Below, piece by piece: positions 13,141 to 26,300 of a stretch of 64,000 bases of DNA. Below the pieces are notes generated by a model. That model saw only the letters and a list, made by a program, of their open reading frames with translations, searched no databases and had not been told where the DNA came from. The position numbers were made by a program, and so were the translations under genes. The DNA is from Eutreptiella sp. 'Long Island Sound 2002' (lineage: Eukaryota > Protista > Euglenida), in the NCBI GenBank assembly GCA_964036045.1, contig OZ038378.1:125922001-125986000 (forward strand), written 5' to 3'. Numbering within the stretch: the first letter of the stretch is position 1; each line of letters opens with the position of its first letter.

Positions 13141-13606
13141 GGGGGTTTGCTGCCCTCCATGTGGGGTATAAGCCCCATCATTGATTGTTTGGAGGGTGTA
13201 GACCCTCCACATAATCAACACATTGGGTTTACTATCCTCCACATTGGGTATAAGCCCCAGCATCGATTGTTTGGAGAGTGTAAACCCGCCACGTAATGAA
13301 CGCATGGGCTTTATTGCCCTCCACATGGGGTCAGCCCCATCGTTAATTGTTTGGAGGGTTTAGACCTTCCACATAGTCAACGCATGGGGATGCTAGCCCT
13401 TCATATTGGGCATTGACCCCGGCGTCGATTCTTTGGAGGGTGTACACCCTGCACATGGGCAACGCATGGGGGTTTCTGTCCTCCACATGGGGTATAAGCC
13501 CCAGGGTTGATTGTTTGGAGGGTTTAGAACCTCCACATAATCAACGCATGGGGTTTACTGCCCTCCACATGGGGCATAGGCCCCAGCGTGAATTGTTTGG
13601 AGGGTG
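13141..13606. repeat. 82-bp tandem repeat, ~5.7 diverged copies, hairpin-forming
   Basis: The gattgtttggaggg anchor recurs at 13183, 13265, 13345, 13427, 13509 and 13591. The unit contains tggagggt-gtag-accctcca and gggg-tataag-cccc inverted repeats. Confidence 0.92.
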
Positions 13607-15519
13607 AAAAGGGTCTAGGGACCCGCCAAATCTCAGTCATGGCTAATTGCTATTCCCTTCCATTTGGCCGGAGCAAGCTATAACTCACCAGGCAAGGTAC
13701 CACTCAAGTCGGGGCTTCGAAAGACGCTTGTTGAGCCCGCAGGCCAAACATGGGCAACTTTGGGGCATCTTATAACATAGAAGGTGAGGAGACAACCAAA
13801 TGATTGTCATTGCTTGCGACCTATGAAAGTATGTGTGTGGGGACCTAGTGAAAAAGGACACGCAAGCCACGGTCTTCTATTGGAAGTATGCGAGTCAAGA
13901 CCTGCTAGCCAAGGACAAACAATTATGCCTAAGAGAGGCGTAGGGTGGTAGGGCATCAACAACGCTCGGGTTGAACAATCATCCCCATACATGAAACTAC
14001 CAAAGTGCCGTAGTTTTGATGATGCGGCTAGAGAAGCGCATGGGTGGCATCAACGGCAGTTAAACCAAACGTCCACCTCCCTTGACGCAGTTTGGTTGAA
14101 GGGAGCACCGGTGCACTCTCTATGCCCTTTTGATCTTGTGATCTAGAGGTGATTTTCTTGTTGTTGGGTTGTCTTGTTTGTTCTTTTTTGGTGTTCTTGC
14201 GCCACATGAGTTCAGAGGTCGTCAGAAGACCTATGAACAAAGAAGATGCTCTCAGGTGCTTGCCTAGTGTAATGTACAACCGCTATAACCATAGCCACAT
14301 ACTTCACGCAAAGAATGCTTGTCTAGAAGTGGAGATCTGTGAGGACAAGTGACCTCACGTGTCGGTTGTCATGTCAGCACAAACGAGGTCTGCCATGGGC
14401 ACTAGGTGTCCAATCAGTCAAGTCATATCTGAAAGTCCTCAAAGGTTCCTGTTGAATCAACGTTTGCGGTCACGTGTCACTATGCGCACAGGTGCTGCAG
14501 CTAGAGCCACAGACTTCGGGCAAACCGTTCGTGTCCATGTGTCACGCCAATGCCAGCAGGTCCCTGTCTTACATCATGTGCATGGGGGAGCAAGTCAGCT
14601 ACACCTCCCAGGACACACAGGCACCTGGATCCTCCGTGAGTAGGAGCACGCACGGGTCCCTGTCATGTGTTGTCCGCCCTCGTTTAAGACGTGTTGCGGA
14701 TCACAAGCGTCCATAGTCAGCACCTTGTCGTTTCCTAGTGGACAAGAGCGGATGCCATTCCTCGCGCACGGGCCTCCCGCCAATGCATGTGCGAGCGAGC
14801 CCATTCGTCCATGCGGGCACTTCTCTCTGCCACCTTAGTATCACCTAGTGTCGGCTCGTGCGGTTGAGCTGCAACGTGTCACACATGGATGCAATCAACC
14901 AACGGTCACTATCCCGTAGTCGGCAAGTCACCATGGTTGCCCGGGTGAAATAATTCCGGTGTGCTCGTTGAGGGTGACTGAGGTGTGCACCCGCGACGGT
15001 CGCCGCTAGAGCCAAGCAGCATTGGAAAATGGACCCTAAGTTTACAATGTGCGTAGGTACCATGTGGAATAGACGCCTCATAATTGCCGTCAACGTGGCT
15101 AAGGACCGTTGATGAATGCGCTGGGCAGCATGTAGTTAGAGGCGGGCGCTATTGATGAACCACAACTGCACACTCATTTGGGCCTTGTTGAGGGCTTTCG
15201 CGCACCAGCGGACAAGTGGGTTCCATAATCAGGCCATCGGCATGGTGTGTCCCCTCATGACAACGATCTCCGCTAACGCTCCTCTAACCAGGATTTGTGC
15301 CGTCTACAAAACCCGCCCCGCCTCCACATACAAATCGCCTGTCACCGGCACTCCACGACTTCAGCGGTTCCTAAAACGGTGATGTGCGCCTTCCTGTATC
15401 CACAAACTTCTCCTCCCGCACCACTCGTTCAAGGGACCCAGCAGGCAGCACCTTGATGACGGACTATGTTCGCGGCATGGTGTATGGCTGTAACAACAGT
15501 CAGTCTACCCGTTGTTGTT

Positions 15520-16330
15520 CCTCTAGTCATCTATCGCATTTGGGTGTAGCCTTGCCGCTAGGTGCTTTCGTGCGGGTGCCCTTTTTTGGGTGGTAGTGGC
15601 ATCGCCGGACAAAACGTTCCTCCGGGGGGGCAAGTCTTTGGGCCCGCCACGGGGGAGCTGTGCACCACACGGCCGTCCCACTGGTTGGACACTGCGGCGC
15701 CACTCTTGATTTGTGGGGCATGGGGAGGTTGGGCATGGGGGGGGTTGTGGCGTAAATCCACTGCCAGATGCAAGCAGTGGTAGTGATGCCAAGCCACCTG
15801 GTATCGGATGCCGGGCATCTCCTTTGCTGGGATCACTGCCACAAGAGAGTCCGTGATGTGGAATTGTGCGACGTGGTACAAGTACGTTGTCACTGCTGTG
15901 CTGAGCCACGCTATTGCCAGCCGCTCCATGGTCCCCATGTTTTTGCCCATTCTACCAAAAAGGTGGGCGTCCGCTGGGGGCATTGGACAAGATGTGCCTG
16001 GGGGTTCACGTGATGTACACTCCCACACAGGGTGCATGGTATTGCTAACTTTTTCCACGCCACAGAACACACCCTCCACCACACATTGCCCCACACCTAT
16101 TGTGACCACAGTCTTCGACGACTTGCCTTGAGCGGGAGCTAGATTGCCTAGTGGATAGCCGGGTGCGTTGGGTACAGTCAAATAGTCTATACCCACTTTT
16201 TTGCGGGTGTTAGGGCCTCCGTGCCCGCCAGCCCATTGTTGCTTGGGCTGTGCGGTGTGTAGGGTGGTAGCCACAGCCCGTTTCGTTGTCTTGCTAGTGA
16301 ATGTGATGGGTTGTTTCCTCGGACGTCAGC
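15520..16330 (-). mobile_element. Decayed LINE fragment (RT thumb region), related to the 23-28 kb element
   Basis: GVYIT*TPRHILSNAP resembles MMMTGIPLLVGHAP, and SLVAVIPAKEM resembles YIFTVIPAKRE, of ORF 26033-26392. Confidence 0.5.
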
Positions 16331-17990
16331 CAATTACTGTAGCAACCACGCCTGTTTGACTTCCCAGTGATCCGGTACCCATTGGACCCACAGCGACTTG
16401 GCTGTGGTGTTTTTGGCCAGTGGTATCCGCACATCCACATCGCACGCTTCATGGTATGGCTCACAGGTCGCACAATCCGATGCTACTTGGTTGTCCCACA
16501 CAACGTGACCCCCCTCGCTAACTGAGTAATGTACCCTTTGCGAACCGCTCGTTCGGGAAACTTTTGAATGGGGAGCGAAAATTTGGCAAACGGGGCTGCA
16601 CCAATGTACGGTTTCGGCCGGAAAAGACCTGTTTCAAAGAGTTGGGGTGGTAGGAATATTTTTCAACAATTCTAAAAAATTAATATCTCGGTGCCTACGA
16701 AAAGAACTGGTCCTGTTTTGAGACATTATGGTGCCACAGTGCCCCACAAGATGTCCTATTCCTAGAGGGGGCTTTCCCGGTGTCCACGGCGCCATTGCAA
16801 ACGTGAATATGCACCGAATTTGCATGGTAAACGCCTACGATGTTCACGTTGATTTTCGCACACACGCGCACCTCCACCGCGTGGGGTGCATCAACCCAAG
16901 TACCTAGAGGCACCACAAGCCACGGAGGCTATCCTCTATGGTGCACTTGTCAACCACAACGTGCAGACCTAGGCGGCCACGCAGGAGGCTTAGGCCCCCG
17001 CTATTGTGTAGCATGCACTTTAGCCGACATAATTGCCTTCCATGGCAAAGCATGAAAATTTGGAGAGGATTCTCCACTTGCGGGCAAAGAAATACATGTC
17101 GTCAAGCCACAAATGTGACCACAACATCTTAGGCCAATTTAACACTAAGTGGGCCTTACCCATTTGTATACTACATTCGCGTAGCCCCCGGACAGCCATC
17201 CTCTTTGCCATGCATAGACACACATCTTGGCAAAATTATTGCCCTGCTCCCTACAAACATCACCCCATAGTCTACCTTCTACCCGCTTTTTGTCCATTCC
17301 ACGCGCCTCATGGCACATCATGATGAGTGCCTCCGGCCGCTAGGTGCGCATGAATTGTACAGCCACGGCACACTCCAACCTAACCTTTCCCTTCCCGTTT
17401 GCCTTGTCGTTGTTCGACCTCCCCTTCGTTACCGTCTCTGCTTGAATGCGGGCAACATCTAGAATGGGCTCAAAAAAATTAGGCACAACAATAGCCCCGA
17501 ACTTGCCCGTTGCTGCTGCCACGACGTTGCGCATCCCCGAGGTACCACATATAGTAACACACAGCACCCCGTGCAACCCGTAGTCCACCATGTGGCGATC
17601 GCAATGTGTCGATATATCGCACCAATTGGGAGCACCAATTCCCCGACCCATCAATGGCATCTTCCAACCCGAAGTTGGTTTGCCATTGTGCCGTATTGCA
17701 CCCACACACCCAAGACACCGAGGCTCGAGGAGCCTCGGCTTTTCAATTCTTACAATTGGCGATCAAAATTTGTGCCTTGCCATCGTCTAATGGAAAAAAT
17801 AGGGTTTCCCAGTCCGGACCCCCGGTATCCCAGAAAAGAGCGGAACACGCATCGTGCAATTGTTGGTCGAAGTCCACCTCCCGTGCAGCCGCATATAACA
17901 TTGCTCACTCCTCACTGCCCCCCAGTAGCCGCCAGCTTGCAAGTTGGTCAGGGCTAGTTGTTCCTCCTAGCGTGCAATGGACGTATGACA

Positions 17991-20377
17991 CCACTACTTT
18001 AAATGATGTGCGCCTCTAATGAAAAACTGTGGATGGTCGCACCACAACAGTCCTCCAAATGCCACTACTTTAAATGTTATGTGCCTCTAAAGAAAAAATG
18101 CGGATGGTCGCACCACAACACTCCTCTAATTGCCACTACTTCAAATGATGTGTGCGTCTAATGAAAGCCTGCGGATGGTGGCACCACAACAGTCCTCTCA
18201 TTGGCACTACTTAAATGTTGTGTGCCTCTAATGGAAAACCGAGGATGGTCGCACCACAACAGTCCTCTCATTGCTACTACTTTAAATCCTCTGCGCCCGT
18301 AATGAAAAGCTGTGGATGTTCACACCACAACAGCCCTCTAATTGCCACTACTTTAAATGTTGTGCGACTCAAATGAAAAACCGCGGATGTTCGCACCACA
18401 ATAGTCCTCTTATTAGTGCTACTTTCAATGTTGTGCGCCTCTAGTAAAAAACTACGGATGGTCGCACCACCACCGTCTGCTAATTGCCACTACTTTGAAT
18501 GCTGTGTACCTCTAATGAAAAATGGCGGATGGTCACACCACAACAATCCTCTAATTGGTACTACTTTCAATGTTGTGTGCCTCTAATGAAAAACTGCACA
18601 TGGTCGCACCACAACAGCCCTCAAATTGCCACTACTTTAAATGTTGTGCGCCTATAGTGAAAAATTGCGGATGGTCACGCCAAAACAGTCCTCTCATTGA
18701 TACTACTTTAAATGATGTGCGCCTTTGATGAAAAAATGCGGATGGTCGCACCACAACAGTCCTCTAATTACCACTATTTCACATGCTGTGCTCCTCTAAT
18801 GAAAATCCACGGATGGTCGCACCACAACAATCCTCTCATTGCCACTACTTTAAATGCTCTGCGCCTCCAATGAAAAACTGCGGATGGTTGCACCAAAACG
18901 GTCCTCTATTTGCCACTACATTCAATGTTGTGTGCCTCTAATGAAAAACCGAGGTTGGTCGCACCACAACAGTCCTCTCATCGCTACTACTTTAAATGTT
19001 GTGTGCCTCTACTGAAAAACCGGCGATGGTCGCACCACAGGAGTCCTCTAATTGCCACTACGTTAAATGTTGTGCTCCTCCAATGAAAAATTGCGGATGG
19101 TCGCACCACAAGAGTACTCTCATTGCCACCGCCTTAAATGCTGTGCGCCTCGAATCAGACCCTGCACATGGTCGCACCACAACAGTCCTCACATTGGGAC
19201 TACTTTCAATGTTGCGCACCTCTAATGAAAAATTGCGGATGGTTGCATCAAAACACCCTCTAATTGCCATAACTTTAAATGTTGTGTGCCTCTTATGAAA
19301 AAATGCGGATGGTTGCACCACAACAATCCTCTAATTGCCACTACTTTAAATCTTGTGCGCCTTTACTGAAAAACTGCGGAGGGTCGCAATTGCCACTACT
19401 TCAAATGCTGCGCACTTGTAATGAAAAGCTGCGGATGGTCGCACCACAAGAGTCTTCTCGTTGCCACTACTTTAAATGTTATGCGCCTGTAATGAAAAAC
19501 TGCGGATGGTTGCACCACAACATTCCACTAATTGCCACTACTTAAATGCTATGTGCCTCTAATGAAAAAATGCGGATGGTTCCACCACACGAGGCCACTA
19601 ATTGCCACTACTTTAAATGCTGTGTGTCTCTAATGAACAACCGCGGATGGTCGCACCACAACAATCCTCCAATTGCCACTACTTTAAATGTTGTGGGCTT
19701 CTAATGAAAAATGCGGATGGTCGCACCACAACACACCTCTAAGTGCCACTACTTCAAATGATGTGTGCGTCTAATGAAGAACCGCGGCTGCTCGCATCAC
19801 GACAGTCCTGTAATTGCCACTACTGAAATGCTACGTGCCTCTAATGAAACATCGAGGATGGTCGCACCACAACAGTCCTCTCATTGCTACTACTTTAAAT
19901 CCTCTGCGCCGGTAATGAAAAACTGCGGATGTTCGCACCACAACAATCCTCTAATTGCCACTACTTTAAATGTTGTGCGACTCAAATGAAAAACCGCGGA
20001 TGTTCGCACCACAGCAGCTCTCTTATTGGTACAACTTTCAATGTTGTGCACCTCTAGTAAAAAACTACGGATGGTCGCACCACAACAGTCCTGTGATTGC
20101 CACTCCTTTAAATGCCGTGTGCCTCCAATGAAAAAATGTGGATGGTCGCACCACAACAATCCTCTAATTTCCAGTACTTTGAATGTTGTGCGCTTGTACT
20201 CGGAAATCGCGCATAGTGGCACCACAACAGTCCTCTCATTCATACTAATTTCAATGTTGTATGCCTCTGATGAAAAATTGCACATGGTCGCACCACAACA
20301 GTCCTCAAATTGCCACTACTTTAAATAGCTGTGCGCCTGTAATGAAAAATTGCAGATGGTCGCGCCACAACAATCCT
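17991..20377. repeat. 71-bp satellite, ~33-34 copies
   Basis: Consensus ~ttgccactactttaaatgttgtgcgcctctaatgaaaaactgcggatggtcgcaccacaacagtcctctaa; the aaatg anchor falls at 18001, 18072 and 18143; one ~19-bp deletion near 19385. Confidence 0.97.
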
Positions 20378-21338
20378 AGCACCGACCATGATGGGACACA
20401 GCCGCCTTCACAGCATTGTGACCAAAGGTCCTGCCACACATCATTGCAGGCCTCTTGGTGGCGGAGAAGCGCACCTGGCAGTGCACGAGCAGTGGCACTA
20501 CGCAGCATGCTTTCCTTGGCTTGGTCCCACGTGGACAACGAAACGAGAACTGGCTGTCCGTCCAACTTCCCCAAGAGGTGATCGAGTAGCTGGGGCCACC
20601 GCACTACCCTAAGACTCGGTTTGCCCCCCGCAAGGACCTTCCACCAATAGTCCTGCACAATCTCCCCGATGACGTCCATGCTAGCTGGACCGGGGCTGCG
20701 GGCCAACGCGATCACCAATGGCTGTCCTCCGGACCGAGCCTCGGCCACCGGCTCAACGTCCAAGACATCCAACCTATGACGGGCATCAGTAGCCACGTTG
20801 TCATCCCCCTCCGGCAGTGATAACAGCACCTCCGTGATGCGTCCCAGCACGTCGTCCGCTTGGATCCGCGCAAACTACTTGGACCCCACCAAAACAGCCA
20901 TGGATCTTCGCCCCTCCGCCACCGCAATGATCCTCTATAGTTGCCGGTCATACAACCACAGCACCCCCACGTCCAGCACGGTGGCCTCCGCCAAAACTGG
21001 GATGGTTGTTGCAGGACTGGCAGCACTTCACGGGGCCAGACCATGATGGCTCGATGGCTCGCAAACAGCTGAAGCCAGGGTTCGCCATGACCGTCCGAGT
21101 GGCGTACCATGGTACCACGGATTGTGGCCCAGGATTGTGTGGACACCGTACGGGACCACTCCCGGAATGCGGGAAATTCTTGGGCTACCCAGGATTCGAT
21201 CCATTGGCTAGAGGCCTGCGCCGCCGCCGCCACCCACTGGGGAAACGTGGACATGGCCTCTGCGTGTGCAACAGGACTTTGTCTGGGCACGCCCTGAAGG
21301 AAGGGGAGGCCCCCCCATGACACCTCCCCACCATGCAA
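20378..21338 (-). mobile_element. Inverted 5' segment of a truncated LINE (post-RT region)
   Basis: The minus strand reads SWGGLPFLQ (thumb-end GGL motif) through to VWQDLWSQCCEGGCVPSWSV, which stops abruptly at the satellite boundary. One frameshift and a few stops. Confidence 0.7.
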
Positions 21339-22110
21339 GTGATGCGACCGTGGCGGCAAAAAGTCACATGTGCGGTGATTCCGGCACATCCCTGCATTAT
21401 CTGTGAGGAGCCCGAAGAGGACATGAGCCACATGCGCATATTGTGTACAAGGGACAGAGCGGTGGCGCGACTCATGTGCGCGAAGGTTGGAGAGTTCCAT
21501 GCGGACCTGCCCCTCACCGACAAAGCCATGGAATTCATGTCCTGGAAAGAGCACGGTTGCAGGTGGACGGAGTCCCTGATGACAGGAGTCGTCCCTGGAG
21601 ATCTCAGACGGCTCTTCGCGGCGGTGAGGGCTGCGTCGTCTAGGGGCCCTGCAAAGGCCAAGCTGTTCTTCGAGGACATGATCCAGATTGGGGAAGATGG
21701 ATACGCCGGGAGGAATCATCCGCTCAACCAGATCATGCAACTACCGATGCGTGATCGGCAGAAGGCTGTGTATGAGTACCTGCGGGGTGATACCTCCTTC
21801 TGTCCGTCGGTTGGAAGGGTCAAGCAACTGCCGCCGTGGAATCCTTTCGATGCCCTACCCGGCAACCTATAGGCGGCCTTTCAGAGGGCGCCGCTGCATG
21901 CGTTGTTGGTGTCCCGCTCGTACATCACGGCCCACGCCGGGCCTTGGAGGGGCCGTGATGGCTTCCATGTCGCCGCACTCCGTCCCCAATCCAAGATGCA
22001 CCTGTGCAGAAACACTTGGTGTGGGATTGCAAGCCTTGGGGTGGGATGGGCCACAGGGAGACCAAGAGAACCCCCGCAAACTGCCACCCCCCAGCATGCC
22101 CCAGCCAGGT
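21339..22110 (+). mobile_element. LINE C-terminal segment with CCHC zinc motif and 3' region
   Basis: CIICEEPEEDMSHMRILC is the C-x2-C-x8-H-x4-C motif typical of non-LTR ORF2 C-termini; 21900-22100 is homologous to 45040-45290. Confidence 0.78.
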
Positions 22111-22300
22111 TTGGCGGGGAACCGCACCCATAGGGACCTCAGCCAGGATTGGCGAGGGACCAGCCCGAGAACACCAAAGGCAGGACCCAGCCAGCAATGG
22201 CGAGGAACTGCACCCAAATGCAATTCAGGCAAGATTGGCGAGCGCTCACCCCAGGAAAGCTAGTAGCAGGCCGCAGCCAGGATGGGCGGGGAACCGCAAG
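22101..22300. repeat. Five degenerate ~43-bp repeats (cagccaggattggcgrggaacc core)
   Basis: Copies start near 22101, 22140, 22187, 22229 and 22274. Confidence 0.6.
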
Positions 22301-22719
22301 GCAGAGTCCGGACTGGAGCGATGGTGGCATGTTATGTCGGAAGCGGACCCGATCAAGGAACTGTCCCCAACAGTGGGCACCACATCAGCACCGGACGACT
22401 TTGGCCGAGTATGCAGAGAATGCGAAGAAACATTGCCACACGGAACAGATCAATGCGCCCAACACCTGCAAGCATGGGTGTACGGTATCCCAATCTACCA
22501 TGAACCAGCTGACCCGTTGCGGCAAGAACACCAAATGCTTTTGAAACACTTGCCTACACTCTCCAGAGTGTTCCACCTCCAAACATGGCAACTTATCCAC
22601 CACGCCAGAGCGATTCAACTCTGGATATCCGGATTCCTAAGCCTAACCCCCAAGATCAGAGCACGCAAGCAGCCCTCTGTACCCCTCATGTCGAATCAAC
22701 ATGTACTACTATTATTGTC

Positions 22720-23385
22720 TACACCGGGCAAGCAGTGTTGCCAGGCCTCCTCTATGAAAATCTTTGGCTGTAGTACAACGGTATGGTAGGTTTTTTATAC
22801 TCTGGAGGTATTGGAAATCCCATATCTCCTGCAGCGTGATGATATCGGGTTGGGTGGGGGCTATCAAGCCACATAGACGCTCTTGCTCAGCCCGTACGCT
22901 GCAGCAGTTGGCCCCAACGGCTCGCATTGCCGGCATCTGGTTAATGGATATTGGTTGCGGCGGGTAGGCAATTGTCTTGCTATCGTTTATGTCCGCCATC
23001 GCCTGGAAGTCGGCTTGCCTTGCTGATCCTTTTGGTTTGAACGGTGTGCATTTGTGGAAAGGAGTGTAAGTTATGGGAAAGACGTTCTTCACTCGATGCT
23101 CTCCCAGGGATACTGTGGATGATGCTGCCATCTTTCTTGTGATGGAGTCTTCTGATCGGATGCACCAACACAGTTGGAGATGTGTCCCTTGGATTCTCTC
23201 ATGCTGATCTTGTTGTATGATGGCGGTCTCTTGAGACGACCAAATATTTGACATTCAGTAGCCACTTGGTTAGTCATCCTGTGCGGGTTCTCTGCGTGGG
23301 TTGGCCGCTCACGCAATGTGAGTTATGTGGACTTTTGCGTCGATGTGTACCCCATCTTCTGCATGTCGGTATCTTTGAGGTTATC
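22720..23385 (-). mobile_element. Inverted 5' segment of the large LINE, encoding the APE N-terminus
   Basis: MRAVGANCCSVR..PDIITLQEIW..HRGGLATLL matches the APE/EEP N-terminal motifs (xN, DIIxLQE, GGxAxL). Confidence 0.82.
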
Positions 23386-26300
23386 CACTGGAGGCATACC
23401 ACAAGAGCAAAGATGCATGTCGAAAGGCATGAGCACTGGCTAGGGGTGTCATTCAAGGTACCAGACAAAAGACTCGTCGCGGTCGTGAACATCCACATAC
23501 CCCGACACATGGTCAAGGAAGTGAGGAAACAAATCTGTGCAGAATCGGGGAGGTTCCCACGTGAAGCCAACACTGCCATTCAAATACTACAAGAAGACGT
23601 GAATGCCGACATGCACACAGCACGGTCCAAGCGGGCCTTCGTCCCAAAAGGATCCTGAAATTTCCTATCGCCACCGTACAAAGCAGGAGCCCCCCACCAA
23701 CACAGTTCGCAACCACCGCCAAATCTCGCACAGAGTGACCGAATGGCTGCTGCTATCCGACAGGACGCCATGTGACACGTATGAATGGGCCATCCTACCA
23801 GGCCCGAGCACCCACTACGCCCTGCTGTTCAGCCTGCACTACTCGACAAGCGTCCTAAGACCCACGGTCTCAGCCCACAACAATTCCAATTTGCGGCCAC
23901 CACAAAGGAGCAGATGGAAGAAGCTGCAGCAGTAGTATCCCTTGGACTATACTAGTGCCTGTATGGAGACTCGTCCCCAGATGCCAAGATCAAAATGTGC
24001 TGAAACACATCAAGCACGCCGTCCGAAGAAACTCAGACATCACCACCATCTCCAGGGATGCACAACAGGTTCTCGCAATTGCAACGCCGGCTAAGCGAGA
24101 AGACAAAGAGAGAGTGAAGGCGTGGTGGGCCAAGAGGCAAGACAAAGCCATGGCAGCGTCTATAGGGGTCGACGTGCAGCGCCTAAAGGGGACGAACATC
24201 ACATCACAAACAGCCTGGGTTCTCCGCATCAACTCACAAAAGGTCCGGATCATCGACAAGGTCGGCGCGGATGGCAAACATTTCCCCACCGACCCGGAGG
24301 AGTTTGGCCAAGAACTACAAAGGCAAGCACAAGAGATGTATTGAAATACAACAGGAACGTTCATGGATTCCTCCTATATTCCTTGGTCTACACAAGCGCC
24401 ATTGTTGAACCTCCGCTCCCGCCTCCGCTCCGTACGTTATCCCCGTAAGCTAGGAGAACGCGCACAACGACAATAACACTCCATAACCCTCCGGAACGCG
24501 GATAAAGCGGACAACGCGGAAAACGCTTCCAGAAGCACAACCAGAAGCAGAAAACCGGAACGCGGATAACGCGGATAACGCGGAGAAGGCTTCAAGAAGC
24601 ACGATCAGAAGCAGAAAACCGGAACGCGGATGACGCGGATAACGCGGAAAACGAGGGAACCGCTTCCAGAAGCACCACCGGAAGCACAAAAGCGGAACGT
24701 AGAAAACATGGCCAACAAACGACCCCTATACGACGCTAAGAACGGTTGAAGCAAAGCGGGAGGCAACATGCAAAGTGCTTTTCTCCTTGAAAGTGGCTGA
24801 ACCGCATGAAAACTCATGCGCGAGTGCGTCGGGCTACCTCAAGAACTCCCACAAGCGTTGTAAAAACAAGGGTGTTTTTCCCGACCCCTAGAAGCGCCCA
24901 TTTTGTCATCTACGTCGTAGACAAAGGAAAATTCGGCGAGGAGCAGACAAGTACAACTCGTCACCCAATCTACAGGACACACCCGACTTCATATCAGAGA
25001 TGTGGCGCCTGACGTGCGAACAGAAGCATCAGCCGTGGACGATGCCGCAGGCAAGCCCCCAACGTTTCATGAATTCGAAGCATCCGTGAATGGGAAAGGG
25101 TTCGAGGCGACGTCAATAGAGGAAATGCCAAGAAGTTTGGTACGGCACCTAGATGGGCATGTGTGGATGGACCTCATGCTGATACTACACATGCTCTTCG
25201 CCGGAGTAGAGTGCCTGTGGCTACGCACATGCCTATAGCTATGCATCGCCAAGAAAGTGCCTGAATGGCTGATACGCAACAGTAGACCCATACTTCAGGA
25301 AGAACACATCAACAGGAATGGGGACAACAACGTCTTCCAAAGATCCCAGCAAAGAGCAGAGACAAGAGGCAGATTCCCGACAACATGCTTCGGGTATCGA
25401 AAGCAGCTGTCACCCTAACACGCAGCAATAGCAGCCCGCATCGTCACCGCCATATGGGCTGTCCAACACAAAGGGCTTTGGTGCTTAGACTGGGACGAGA
25501 AGAACGCCTTGTGCGACTCGGTGAGAAATGGACACCATGCAGTGTCCAAGGACGTGGCGTTCCAGGTCGAAGACAGGGTGAGAGCAGTATGTGACAAGAT
25601 GAGAATTCTATTCGTATCGCCGCATGGCCTACTGGGACCGTATCCGATGAAGCATGGAGGACCGCAAGGATCAAGTATGGGGGTGGGACTATACAACAAT
25701 GTTGCCGTGGTGCGGACCGAAGTTGTACATGGAGTATTGGCGAAAGGTCTCTCTCCTGGGACCATGGAGAAGACCGACCCTGAACCGCAGAGGAGCATCC
25801 CACGAATGCCATGGGACCTAGAAAGATAGTTGAGGAGATATGCTACTCAGATGACCGGAGAGGCTACGCACTAACCTTGGACGGTCTGAACTACCTGCTG
25901 ACCACGGAGTGTCATGCATGATGGTCAAAAGGAGGCTCTGTGAACTTCTTGAAGTTCAAGATCTTCCTCATCTTGTTTGAAGGAGGTAAACTGAAGTAGG
26001 GGGGAGGCAACCAAGACAACGACCTTGCCCCGATGAAGCTGACAGACGGTATGATGATGACGGGCATCCCACTGTTAGTGGGCCATGCACCAAAGGAATG
26101 CCCGGTGAAATTCAAAAGCAAATTGAACCGGGTTCTGAAGGCGGCCGGACGAACGCTACCGGCCTACGTTCTTCCGCTCCGGATCATTCTATCCTTTGTT
26201 GTGGCGAGCCCGGACTACATCTTCACCGTCATCCCCGCCAAGAGAGAATGGATCGCAAAACACCAAGTCCTCATCAAGAAGATCGTGTGTGCATTACTAT

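Noticed and set aside
17340-17705. Ferredoxin-reductase-like NAD-binding motif (TICGTSGM)
   Set aside because: A single short resemblance to CGPxxM with no FAD- or other NAD-binding motifs nearby.
18996-20328. Cys/His-rich repeat proteins (CHYFKCCAP..) called in the 71-bp array
   Set aside because: 71 is not a multiple of 3 and the frames open and close at random; these are translation artefacts of the satellite.
22330-22715. Additional LINE zinc finger (CRECEETLPHGTDQC)
   Set aside because: The spacing is atypical and there is no supporting neighbouring domain; it could be real but I cannot support it.
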